This document shows, one piece after another, positions 1 through 7,618 of a DNA stretch of 64,000 nt. The DNA is taken from positions 5,153 to 69,152 of the forward strand of contig CAMTYE010000009.1 of assembly GCA_947085935.1 (NCBI GenBank). The letters are read 5' to 3'. Below the pieces are notes generated by a model. The model searched no databases and had not been told where the DNA came from. It was given only the letters and a program-made list of their open reading frames with translations. This stretch comes from an uncultured Actinomycetes bacterium (GTDB taxonomy: Bacteria > Actinomycetota > Coriobacteriia > Anaerosomatales > CAMTYE01). Each line of letters starts with the position of its first letter. The stretch's first letter is position 1. Made by a program: the position numbers and the translations under genes.

Positions 1-182
1 CTCGACGCGTCGCCGAGCTGATGAGGCGGGCGATCGTCGCGCGATTCGGGCCTGGTTTCGCCGAGGGAGTTCAGGCCGGCTTCCTGCATGAGATGTCCCC
101 GGAAGACGCAGCTCTGCTGAGCCGGGTTGGTGTCGCGGGTTACGACGGAGCCGGGGGAGGTGCGGGCGGTTCGCCCGGGTAG
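1..182 (+). CDS. 3' end of an unidentified CDS entering from upstream (partial)
   Basis: The reading frame starting at position 3 is open from the window edge to TAG at 180-182 (ends ...SRVGVAGYDGAGGGAGGSPG). It is absent from the ORF track because it has no start in the window. No recognisable domain. Confidence 0.3.
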   Translation, partial: RRVAELMRRAIVARFGPGFAEGVQAGFLHEMSPEDAALLSRVGVAGYDGAGGGAGGSPG

Positions 183-185
183 GAT

Positions 186-893
186 ATGAGCCAATGGGGC
201 CTGATCGCGGTGTTCATCATATACGGGGGATCGTTCCTCGTCATGGCTTGGGTGCTCTGGCAGCACATCCGGCGCACCGCCGGCGTGGGCGTGACCTCAC
301 GTCTCAACTTCCTTGCGCTGTTCGCGCTGACGCATGGCCTGTCGGATCTCATGGACGCGGCGTTGCGGTTCCCCGGCGTTGACCCGGACCCGTCAGGGCC
401 CGCAGCCGTCATCCGGCTCACGCTGCTGGTGGTCTCCTTCCTCTTCCTTCTCCTCTTCGGGCTGGTTGTCACTGTGGACGACGTGGGCCTGCAGAGGGTG
501 ATCATCGGGTTCGGGACGCTTGCCGTCGCGGGGATGGTGGCCGGTCTTGCGGCGCTGTTCCTGGCGGATTCGACTGCAGATTCGTTCGCCGCGACGGAGA
601 AGGCGACGCGGCTACTCGTTGGGCTGCCGGGGGCCGCGCTCTCCGCGGTGGCCCTGGTCAGAATCAGCCGGATCTGTTCCCGGCTCGGTCTTCACCACTG
701 CGCGACCGGTGCGAGGGTGGCCGCGTTCGGCATGGCGGCCTACGGAATCCTCGCGGGTGGTGTCGCCACCGGATACCCGCAGGCCGTGATGGTCCTCGGA
801 CTTCCCATCCAGCTGCATCGCATGGCAGCCGCCGTCGTGTTGACCGTAGGCTGCGTGTGGATGCTCCAGAAGCTGGAGTATGACCGGGAGTAG
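186..893 (+). CDS. Polytopic integral membrane protein, function unknown
   Basis: 235-aa ORF with about 6-7 hydrophobic segments (LIAVFIIYGGSFLVMAWVLW, LNFLALFALTHGL, IRLTLLVVSFLFLLLFGLVV and others). GC-rich third codon positions. GGTAGGA lies just upstream of the ATG. The overlapping ORFs in other frames are Arg/Pro-rich junk. Confidence 0.7.
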   Translation: MSQWGLIAVFIIYGGSFLVMAWVLWQHIRRTAGVGVTSRLNFLALFALTHGLSDLMDAALRFPGVDPDPSGPAAVIRLTLLVVSFLFLLLFGLVVTVDDVGLQRVIIGFGTLAVAGMVAGLAALFLADSTADSFAATEKATRLLVGLPGAALSAVALVRISRICSRLGLHHCATGARVAAFGMAAYGILAGGVATGYPQAVMVLGLPIQLHRMAAAVVLTVGCVWMLQKLEYDRE

Positions 894-940
894 ACTTCGG
901 GCCGTCGGCGAATCACCCGTCCTCCTGACTGCCCCGGAGG

Positions 941-1987
941 CTACGTGCGGCCCATTCGGCGGCGGCCGGCTGCGAGCGACAGCAGCACGAGCGACACGAC
1001 CGACAGGCCGGCAAGCTCGGCCATGGCCAGGCCCCGGATGGTGCCGATCTCCCGGGCCAGCGCAGAAACCTCATGACGAACGAGGACGACGCCAATGAAG
1101 CGTTGGTCGGCGTCGTGCAGGGGGAACGTGCCTACCGTGAACAGGCGCCCCTCGGAGTGCACCGGCGGGAGGGCGACCGGCCCGTCCTTCATCGATCGGG
1201 ACAATGCGGGCATATCGTCCAGATCCACAGCCGGGGATGTGGCGTATGTGAGAACGAGGTCAGGATGCCGGCTCTCGTCCGGCTGGTCTCCGGGCACGTC
1301 CGCTGTGCCGGGAGGTACGACGCCGGCGAGGAGCTCCCGGTCGAGGGCGAGCCCGTAGTCGTCGCCCAGCGAGATCTTCATGGAGTCGAGGAGGTGTTCG
1401 ACGCCCTGGCCGACCTCGATGTACCCGAGCAGGTCGCCCTCAGCACCGTAGAAGGGATGCACGACCCGCAACGCGAACTCGTCGACGCCGAACTCCTTGC
1501 CGGAGGCGAAGTACTTCGTTCTGACCGCCGCGCGGTGTGTCGAGCGCGTCACGGAATCGCCGAACTTCTCGGGGGCGTGAACGCGCAGGAAGACCGTTGA
1601 TTCGGGCTCGGGAAGACTGAAGTACATTCGTGTGACGCCGAATCTCTTGGTGAGACGTTCGAAGTCCGCACGAACCGCGTCGTGAAGCCCCTGCCTGTCC
1701 CGGCGCGCGAAGCTGTCCCGGAGGTCATCTCGCGCCATGAGGCTATCGAGGACGGCTTCGAGGCGCAGGGGCTCTCGGCGCTCCAGGTCCGCATATGATC
1801 TCATCGCGTCTGATACGACCTGCGTGCCGATGTGGTCGATCACGGTTGTCTCGGTTCGCCGGGCGAGCGTGATGAGAATCGCTCCGACCAAAACGCCAAC
1901 GACCAGCAGCGTGAGGTATCCCGTTATGCCCGGCCATCGCGGGCCGGCCGGGGTGTCTGCCTCGCTATGGGCCGTCCGCTCATCCAC
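941..1987 (-). CDS. Membrane-anchored extracytoplasmic sensor-like protein (double Cache-type domain) without output domain
   Basis: N-terminal TM (ITGYLTLLVVGVLVGAILITL) and C-terminal TM (LAMAELAGLSVVSLVLLSLAA). The protein stops 8 residues after the second TM. The central region has the pattern I associate with Cache_3-Cache_2 sensor domains (RMYFSLPE..TVFLRVHAPEKFGD...GKEFG...ALRVVHPFY...GDLLGYIEVGQGVEH). Confidence 0.7.
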   Translation of the reverse strand: MDERTAHSEADTPAGPRWPGITGYLTLLVVGVLVGAILITLARRTETTVIDHIGTQVVSDAMRSYADLERREPLRLEAVLDSLMARDDLRDSFARRDRQGLHDAVRADFERLTKRFGVTRMYFSLPEPESTVFLRVHAPEKFGDSVTRSTHRAAVRTKYFASGKEFGVDEFALRVVHPFYGAEGDLLGYIEVGQGVEHLLDSMKISLGDDYGLALDRELLAGVVPPGTADVPGDQPDESRHPDLVLTYATSPAVDLDDMPALSRSMKDGPVALPPVHSEGRLFTVGTFPLHDADQRFIGVVLVRHEVSALAREIGTIRGLAMAELAGLSVVSLVLLSLAAGRRRMGRT

Positions 1988-2030
1988 GGCACTCCCGCAT
2001 CTCAGTCCGGTGTGTCTGCAGTCGACGCGC

Positions 2031-2501
2031 CTACCGCGCTATCGCGACCGCCACGAGTCTCAGGTTGTCAACGTCGCCCATTGCGGCAGTGGTCTGAACA
2101 TCGAACGGTTCGATGTCACCAGGGCTCAGGGACTCCGCAACGACGAATCCGACGACGCGGCGAGCTCCCTCATCCGAGTCCTCCTTGCCGGTCTCGGCGC
2201 GAATCTCGAACTTGACCGCTTTGAATTCGTCGGCCCCCAGATTCGCGGCCTGGCCAAAGACCCTGGCGAGACCCGTGTCGGACGCGTAGACGTTCTGGAC
2301 CTCTCCCACGAGGACCTCTGCGTAGTCCATCTGCTCCTTACTGGAGAGGTCCTTGAAGGAGTAGCCTTTCGCCGCGTCGCCCGTGTCAGCCTTGCTCGTG
2401 GCCAGCTCTACCCGGGGATTGACACATCCGGTGCCGAGCATGGCGGTGGAGATCAGCCCAACGATGACGAGGGTTATAGGGAATCTGCCAACGAAGCGCA
2501 T
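2031..2501 (-). CDS. Lipoprotein, function unknown
   Basis: I chose the internal ATG at 2501, preceded by GGAGGA, rather than the ORF-track start at 2699. Signal peptide with lipobox (MRFVGRFPITLVIVGLISTAMLGTGC). Same strand as the Cache-like gene and immediately upstream of it. Confidence 0.7.
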   Translation of the reverse strand: MRFVGRFPITLVIVGLISTAMLGTGCVNPRVELATSKADTGDAAKGYSFKDLSSKEQMDYAEVLVGEVQNVYASDTGLARVFGQAANLGADEFKAVKFEIRAETGKEDSDEGARRVVGFVVAESLSPGDIEPFDVQTTAAMGDVDNLRLVAVAIAR

Positions 2502-2620
2502 GTGGTCCTCCGTGATTAGTCTGATTCGGTGGTTGAGGCGAAGTGCACCCTTGTCGGATAGTACAGTTTGGACTAAACTAAAGCAAGATGAAGCAATAGA
2601 CGTTAAGGCGAGGACTCGGT

Positions 2621-3232
2621 ATGATGCGACTTCGTCAAGCGGAAGGACCTGGCGTGACCCGATGTGCAGGTGTTGCTCGGCTTCTGGTGCTTCTGGCACT
2701 CATGGTATCGCTACTCGCCCTCTCCGGCTGCGGTCAGGCGTCGACGAGCGTCAACCTACTGGATGATCTGGACTCGGCGAGCTCGGAAGAGCTCGTTGAG
2801 ATATCCGTGTTCTTCCCGTCTTCAGACACGATTATCGAGGAGAAGCGGTCGGTGGAGCCCGACGAGGCCACGCCTCTCACGGCACTGAAGATCATGTTCG
2901 AGGAGGAGCCCGAAGACACGAGCCACACCAAGACGCTTCCCGAGGCCAAGGTGCTCTCTGCGTCGATCGATGACGGGACCGCCCGGATCGACTTCGACCG
3001 CGGCGTCCTGGTCTCAGGTTCGGATCCCGGGACCCAGCGCGTGGCCCTTGTTGCCATCATCTATGCGATGAAGCAGTTCCCCGGTGTCGAGCAGGTCGCC
3101 TTCTCGGTGGAGGGCAAGACGAGCGGCCAGATCGACGGCAAGGACATCGAGACCTTCTGGGGCGAGGTCAGCCTCAGTGATATGCCCTGGTCTGCAGCCG
3201 AGCCGGTGCAGACGACGGACGGAAAGGAATAG
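2621..3232 (+). CDS. GerMN-domain lipoprotein
   Basis: Lipobox (LLALSGCG). Mature part matches the GerMN pattern (ISVFFPSSD...TPLTALKIMFE...LPEAKVLSASIDDGTARIDF...ALVAIIYAMKQFPGVEQVAFSVEGK). Confidence 0.75.
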   Translation: MMRLRQAEGPGVTRCAGVARLLVLLALMVSLLALSGCGQASTSVNLLDDLDSASSEELVEISVFFPSSDTIIEEKRSVEPDEATPLTALKIMFEEEPEDTSHTKTLPEAKVLSASIDDGTARIDFDRGVLVSGSDPGTQRVALVAIIYAMKQFPGVEQVAFSVEGKTSGQIDGKDIETFWGEVSLSDMPWSAAEPVQTTDGKE

Positions 3233-3234
3233 CA

Positions 3235-3969
3235 TTGGGCACGTTGGGATACTCCAGCAAGCCGCGATTCGGACCCGGTCGAGGCAAGATGCTCTTCGGA
3301 CTGGTTCTGGCCGCGCTGATCGTCATCACGGCTCTGAACTCCGTGCGGATCGTCACCGGACTCCGCGCGGACGTTGCGGGTCGGGGAGCCCGCTCCACCG
3401 AGGAGCGGTACCTGCAGGATGCTCTCGCCGCTGTGAAGCAGGACCCGAACAGCCTGCAGGCGCGCTGGCAGCTCAGCATCGCGCTCTCCACGGTGGGCGA
3501 GTACTCCAGGGCTCAGGCCGAGGCCGAGCAGGCCGTCAAGCTCGACGAGGAATCAGTCGAGGCGTTCTATGCTCTGGGCGTGGCCTATCGGGGACTGCGC
3601 GACAACGTGCGGGCCGAGAAGGCGCTCGCGAAGTCGGCCGGCTTTCCCGGCTCGCATAGCGAGATCTACCGCGAGGTCTACTACGAGCTTGGCGAGGTTC
3701 GCTCGGAACTCGGCGACGCGCAAGGCGCGGTCACTGCGTTCCAGGGTGCTCTTGGCAACGGTCCCGAAGCCACGTACATCGTCGTGAGGCTCGCCCAGGC
3801 GTACCTCGATGTCGGGGAGACCGAGCGCGCGAAAGAGGAGTTCCTTGCGGTTCTCGGCTACGACCCCGAAAACGAGATCGCCGAGACGGCGTTGCTCGAG
3901 ATGGGTGTAGGGCGCGATGAGATCGACGCCGCGCGCGACCCGATAGCTCACCAAGACGATAACTCGTAG
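3235..3969 (+). CDS. Membrane-anchored TPR-repeat protein
   Basis: TTG start 6 nt after GGAAAGGA. N-terminal TM (MLFGLVLAALIVITAL). At least three TPR-like helical repeats (WQLSIALSTVGEYSRAQAEAEQAVKLDEESVEAFYALGVAYRGLRD...). Confidence 0.75.
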   Translation: MGTLGYSSKPRFGPGRGKMLFGLVLAALIVITALNSVRIVTGLRADVAGRGARSTEERYLQDALAAVKQDPNSLQARWQLSIALSTVGEYSRAQAEAEQAVKLDEESVEAFYALGVAYRGLRDNVRAEKALAKSAGFPGSHSEIYREVYYELGEVRSELGDAQGAVTAFQGALGNGPEATYIVVRLAQAYLDVGETERAKEEFLAVLGYDPENEIAETALLEMGVGRDEIDAARDPIAHQDDNS

Positions 3970-3973
3970 GAGG

Positions 3974-5431
3974 ATGATCGGTGTGACCCGTACCGCCAGC
4001 TCACTCCGCAGGCCGAGGATGGGAATCGTGCTGCTTCTCGGCGCGCTCGCCCTTCTCGCGGCGGGTTCCTGGTATGCCGCTTCACTTCTGAACGACCCCC
4101 TCGTTGCGTCCGGGGGCGGTGCCAAGACCGAGGGCTACTCGCACCTGAGCTCGCTGTACGGCAAGGGTCCGGACCGGCTCAACAGGCCTACTGAGGTCAC
4201 GGTCGACGCGAAGGGCAACATCTACGTCGCCGACTCGTTCAAGCACCGCATCGTCGTTTTCGATTCAAGCGGTGTCTTCGTGAGGACCATAGGAAGCCCG
4301 GCGAACGTCGACGGGGCACTCAAGTTCCCGTCGTCCGTGCGTGTTGATGATCGCGGACGGGTCTACGTCACGTCCTCCGAGCCCGGAAAGGTCGTCATCT
4401 TCGGGGCGGACGGAAGTGTCATCCGCTCGGTCGATGTGCCGGAGCCTCTAACCCTTGCGATAGCCGACGATCGGCTGTATGTGGCGACCGCGAGCGGGAT
4501 ACTCATCGGCGACCTGGATGGCAATCAGATCGGGCAGCTGTCAGAGCGCGGCAAAGAGCCGGGCATGATAGACCGGCCTACCGGCATCGCCGTGGATGAC
4601 GACGGTACGATCTACATCGCGGACTCGCTGAACTACCGGTTCCAGGCCATCGACGCCAAGGGCGAGGTCAAGTGGAGCACCGGCGCCGGCCCCGACCCCG
4701 CGAAAGCGGTTGTCGATCGCGACCGTACGTACGGTCTGCCCTCGAGCATCACGATCGGGTCGGATGACCTGCTGTATGCCATCGACGCGTTCAACGGGAT
4801 GATCGTCGTCCTGAACAAGGACGGAGAGCATCTTGCCGAGTATGGCCAGTGGGGGCGCCAGGACGGCCAGTTCTACTACCCCACGGGAATCGCCCAGGTG
4901 AGCCCCGAGCGATTCGTGATAGCTGACACCTTCAACGACCGGCTGCAGTTCGTGGGCGTGCCGAGTCTCAATCCCGGCGTAGGGACCCTCGCCAACAGGA
5001 GCTGGCCGTGGGCAGTGCCTGCACTGCTTCTGCTCGGGCTGCTTGTTCTCGCTCGCCGCCCGGCCGCGGTTGTCGCCGAGGCCGAGGGTCTGCGGGTCGC
5101 GCATGAACGCGAGCTGTTGGAGGACCTGATCCGCGAATCCAAGACGATATTCGTTCCGGCGGGTACGGCTGAGGCCATCGCGGATCTGCTGGACTCCCAC
5201 GACGGGCTTGCCGAATCGCTCCGTGAAGTCGATCTGGGTGATCTCGCGGACGGAGTCAGGCCCGGTCTCGAGCTGGCACTCCGGCTGAAGGGCCGGTTCG
5301 CGATTCGACGCGTCGCCCTCGCGTTTCCCGACGGGGAGCTGGCGGAGCTGGCACGTGACAGCGGTCTGGGCGTTCTCGATGACGGCACTCCCGTTGCGGC
5401 AGTGGGCGTGGCGGGAAGCGGTCTCTCCTAG
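3974..5431 (+). CDS. NHL-repeat beta-propeller protein with two TM segments and a cytoplasmic C-terminal domain
   Basis: AGGAGG RBS. N-terminal TM (GIVLLLGALALLAAGSWY). Repeated NHL signatures (GNIYVADSFKHRIVVFDSSG, GRVYVTSSEPGKVVIF, GTIYIADSLNYRFQAID, LLYAIDAFNGMIVVLN, RFVIADTFNDRLQFV). Second TM (WPWAVPALLLLGLLVLA) followed by about 125 aa of unassigned sequence. Confidence 0.85.
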   Translation: MIGVTRTASSLRRPRMGIVLLLGALALLAAGSWYAASLLNDPLVASGGGAKTEGYSHLSSLYGKGPDRLNRPTEVTVDAKGNIYVADSFKHRIVVFDSSGVFVRTIGSPANVDGALKFPSSVRVDDRGRVYVTSSEPGKVVIFGADGSVIRSVDVPEPLTLAIADDRLYVATASGILIGDLDGNQIGQLSERGKEPGMIDRPTGIAVDDDGTIYIADSLNYRFQAIDAKGEVKWSTGAGPDPAKAVVDRDRTYGLPSSITIGSDDLLYAIDAFNGMIVVLNKDGEHLAEYGQWGRQDGQFYYPTGIAQVSPERFVIADTFNDRLQFVGVPSLNPGVGTLANRSWPWAVPALLLLGLLVLARRPAAVVAEAEGLRVAHERELLEDLIRESKTIFVPAGTAEAIADLLDSHDGLAESLREVDLGDLADGVRPGLELALRLKGRFAIRRVALAFPDGELAELARDSGLGVLDDGTPVAAVGVAGSGLS

Positions 5432-5470
5432 CAGCACGATGTTGAAAACCGGTTGATCTACTGGAGTCAC

Positions 5471-5487
5471 TAGTCCCAACGGGACTA
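5471..5487 (+). terminator. Short hairpin between the NHL gene and the cytochrome gene (weak terminator or attenuator candidate)
   Basis: TAGTCCC-AAC-GGGACTA, a 7-bp stem with a 3-nt loop, 40 nt after the NHL stop codon. The loop is very small and there is no clear U-tract. Confidence 0.25.
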
Positions 5488-5583
5488 ATGCGATTTCGCC
5501 TCACATGGGCGGGAAATCAGTGCAGGAAGGGAGGTGGTGTGTGAATGCACACAACGACACAACACACAGGGAAGGGAAGTACA

Positions 5584-7320
5584 ATGAAGAGAGTGTTTGT
5601 TCTCGCTGCGATGGCCATGGTGCTGATCGCGGCAACTGCCGGCGCCGCTTTCGCCGCAGATCCGACGTCTACCGTCAATCCTACCGTTCCGTTCACGTTC
5701 ACTGAGGCCAATCCTGAGAATGCCAGCATCCCCACGACTGTTTCCGGGACCGGCATCGCCAACGGATTCGGCGCCTCGGCATGGACGTACAAGGACGCCG
5801 CCGACTCCGCCGCGAAGACCGAGGGCTCGTACAACGCCTTCGACGATCAGACCGGCGACGGCACGTACACGACCAATCCGCACGGCGGCTACAGCACGAC
5901 GTCGAACAAGTGCAAGACCTGCCATGCAGTCCACCGCGCCAACGGCGCCTTCGCCCTCATGCGCGTGGATAACCCCGACGATGCGTGCAACTACTGCCAC
6001 ATCGGTTCGCACCGTCACGCCACCAGCGAGGCCTACTTCGGTGGCAGCAACGGCATCTACTCGAGCAACGGTCACACGATCGGCTCCAGCAAGTCGATTC
6101 CTGACAGCTCGGTGTGGCAGTGGACCGAGACCGTAGCGCTCACGTCTGCCGACGGCAGCGCCAACGTCCCGATTCGCCGTTACATGAGCGCGAAGAACAA
6201 GATCATGCGCTACATCGTGCACGGCAACCGTTGGATCCGCGTTGGCCCGTACAACCTGCGTTGCGCAAGCTGCCACCAGGTCCACAACGCCACGCAGCAG
6301 ATCTGGAAGCCTGTCTCGTCCGGCTACCTGCCCGGCGGTGGTGTTGCCGGCACGAAGCTGACCAACGGCTACAAGCTGCTCCGCAACAGCCCCTCCGGCG
6401 GTATCCAGGTCCGCGGCACCGACATCAACGCCGACGGCACGCTCAACGCGAGCCCCGCAGCCCTGTCGCGTGCGTACAGCCGTCTGAACCACACGTACTA
6501 CGATCCGGGCGTTACGGGTGCTCTTGACGGACTCGCTTCGAACTCCGTTGACTACCGTATCAAGGCACTCGAGACCACGATCACGCTGGCGACGGGTGAT
6601 GATGCTGTCACCGGCCTCCCGGTCCAGGGTGCGAACATCACCGGCTACACGCCGTTCAAGTACTTCGCCCCGACCAACACCGCTAGCCAGGCCCCGGCCA
6701 CTGCACCCGTCAACGAGGCCTCGCTCTCGTGGTGGTGCGCTGACTGCCACAACCTGAACATCGCAGGCAAGTCGCTGGCCCCCGGCTTCGGTGGCGGTCG
6801 CTCCGGCGACACGATGCTCGGCGACCGCTCGCACGCGGTTCCGAACCAGTTCCGCATCAATGCTTCCGGTGAGATCGCTTCGGCGGGCGCGCACTGCACC
6901 CAGTGCCACAACAACGACATGCCGCTCGACGGTGCCGCGATGTTCACTGGCGCTGACTGCGGCGCATGTCACGTGACGACCCAGATGTATCACTACTACA
7001 AGAACGACCTCGCGGTCGGCGGTTCGACGTGGGCGGCTCGCAATGACGCTCGCGCCAAGAACGCTCCCGTCGCGGCTCGTTCCGACTTCCCGCACTCCGG
7101 TCCGGACTGGGGCAAGAAGCTCCTGAACGCCCGCGACCGTCGTCTCCAGACCAGCGCCAGCTCGAACAACACAGCGATCAACCCGACGCTGTACACCCTT
7201 GGTGGCGCCAACTACGACACCCAGGGTTCTGCGTTCGATGCCAGCACCGATGGTCAGGACAAGATCTGTGCCATCTGCCACGGTGGCGCGAAGTTCCGCG
7301 CGATCGGGTACGACAAGTAG
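5584..7320 (+). CDS. Secreted heptahaem c-type cytochrome
   Basis: I chose the ATG at 5584 (GGGAAGGGAAG upstream), giving the signal peptide MKRVFVLAAMAMVLIAATAGAAFAADP. Seven CxxCH motifs: CKTCH 5911-5925, CNYCH 5986-6000, CASCH 6262-6276, CADCH 6736-6750, CTQCH 6895-6909, CGACH 6958-6972, CAICH 7267-7281. Composition is rich in Gly, Ser, Thr and Asn. Confidence 0.9.
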   Translation: MKRVFVLAAMAMVLIAATAGAAFAADPTSTVNPTVPFTFTEANPENASIPTTVSGTGIANGFGASAWTYKDAADSAAKTEGSYNAFDDQTGDGTYTTNPHGGYSTTSNKCKTCHAVHRANGAFALMRVDNPDDACNYCHIGSHRHATSEAYFGGSNGIYSSNGHTIGSSKSIPDSSVWQWTETVALTSADGSANVPIRRYMSAKNKIMRYIVHGNRWIRVGPYNLRCASCHQVHNATQQIWKPVSSGYLPGGGVAGTKLTNGYKLLRNSPSGGIQVRGTDINADGTLNASPAALSRAYSRLNHTYYDPGVTGALDGLASNSVDYRIKALETTITLATGDDAVTGLPVQGANITGYTPFKYFAPTNTASQAPATAPVNEASLSWWCADCHNLNIAGKSLAPGFGGGRSGDTMLGDRSHAVPNQFRINASGEIASAGAHCTQCHNNDMPLDGAAMFTGADCGACHVTTQMYHYYKNDLAVGGSTWAARNDARAKNAPVAARSDFPHSGPDWGKKLLNARDRRLQTSASSNNTAINPTLYTLGGANYDTQGSAFDASTDGQDKICAICHGGAKFRAIGYDK

Positions 7321-7354
7321 CGTTTCGAAGAAGAGAGCCTTCTTCAGTACGAGG

Positions 7355-7380
7355 ACAGGGGACCCGCGAGGGTCCCCTGT
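7355..7380 (+). terminator. Intrinsic-terminator-like hairpin after the cytochrome gene
   Basis: ACAGGGGACCC-GCGA-GGGTCCCCTGT, a perfect 11-bp GC-rich stem with a GCGA loop, 35 nt after the stop codon. The downstream tract is only weakly T-rich. Confidence 0.55.
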
Positions 7381-7484
7381 CTGCGTTCTCGGCAATCGGG
7401 CGCCGTTGCTGCCCGCGAGCCAGACCCTTCGGCCCCGCACGACCCCCCTCCGGGCATGTCCGATGACCGTTCATCGCGCGGTCA

Positions 7485-7514
7485 TTGACGCACCACATAT
7501 GGGGTGCCTAGACT
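7485..7514 (+). promoter_or_regulatory. Candidate nrdJ promoter (-35 TTGACG, 18-bp spacer, -10 TAGACT)
   Basis: TTGACG at 7485-7490 and TAGACT at 7509-7514, about 105 nt upstream of the nrdJ ATG. Hexamers read directly from the sequence. No experimental TSS. Confidence 0.35.
7491..7506. promoter_or_regulatory. Operator-like palindrome 1 in the nrdJ promoter (CACCACATATGGGGTG)
   Basis: Near-perfect 16-bp palindrome lying within the promoter spacer. Shares the core ACATATGG with box 2. Centre-to-centre distance to box 2 is 31 bp. Confidence 0.45.
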
Positions 7515-7521
7515 CGTCTAT

Positions 7522-7537
7522 CGCTACATATGGTGGA
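7522..7537. promoter_or_regulatory. Operator-like box 2 in the nrdJ promoter (CGCTACATATGGTGGA)
   Basis: Second copy of ACATATGG, just downstream of the putative -10. The tandem arrangement resembles NrdR-box pairs, but the match to the published NrdR consensus as I recall it is poor. Confidence 0.4.
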
Positions 7538-7618
7538 GGGGCGGTCGCGGGCCTGAGGGCCCGCTTTGGCCGTATGAACGGAACAGAAGACTGGCTCGTG
7601 GCTAGAGAGGGGCGCACC

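Noticed and set aside
140-505. 121-aa minus-strand ORF overlapping the start of the 186-893 membrane protein
   Set aside because: Its composition is Arg/Pro/Ser/Thr-rich junk. It is antisense to a hydrophobic, codon-biased membrane-protein ORF.
5485-7440. 651-aa ORF on the minus strand covering the whole cytochrome locus
   Set aside because: It is antisense to a gene with a signal peptide, a good RBS and seven CxxCH motifs. Its translation is monotonous and Arg/Gly/Val/Ala-rich, as is typical of shadow ORFs in high-GC DNA. It has no RBS or domain signature.
7199-7618. N-terminal extension of the nrdJ ORF back to 7199, overlapping the cytochrome 3' end
   Set aside because: The extension crosses the cytochrome stop, a terminator hairpin and the promoter and operator region. 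Its sequence is Arg/Ser/Pro-rich and unlike RNR N-termini. The ATG at 7619 has an RBS and yields a normal NrdJ N-terminus.
7381-7618. Possible cobalamin riboswitch upstream of the B12-dependent RNR
   Set aside because: I could not find a B12-box-like core (AGYCMGgAgaCCkGCc type) or the expected multi-stem organisation. B12 riboswitches normally repress B12-independent isozymes rather than nrdJ.
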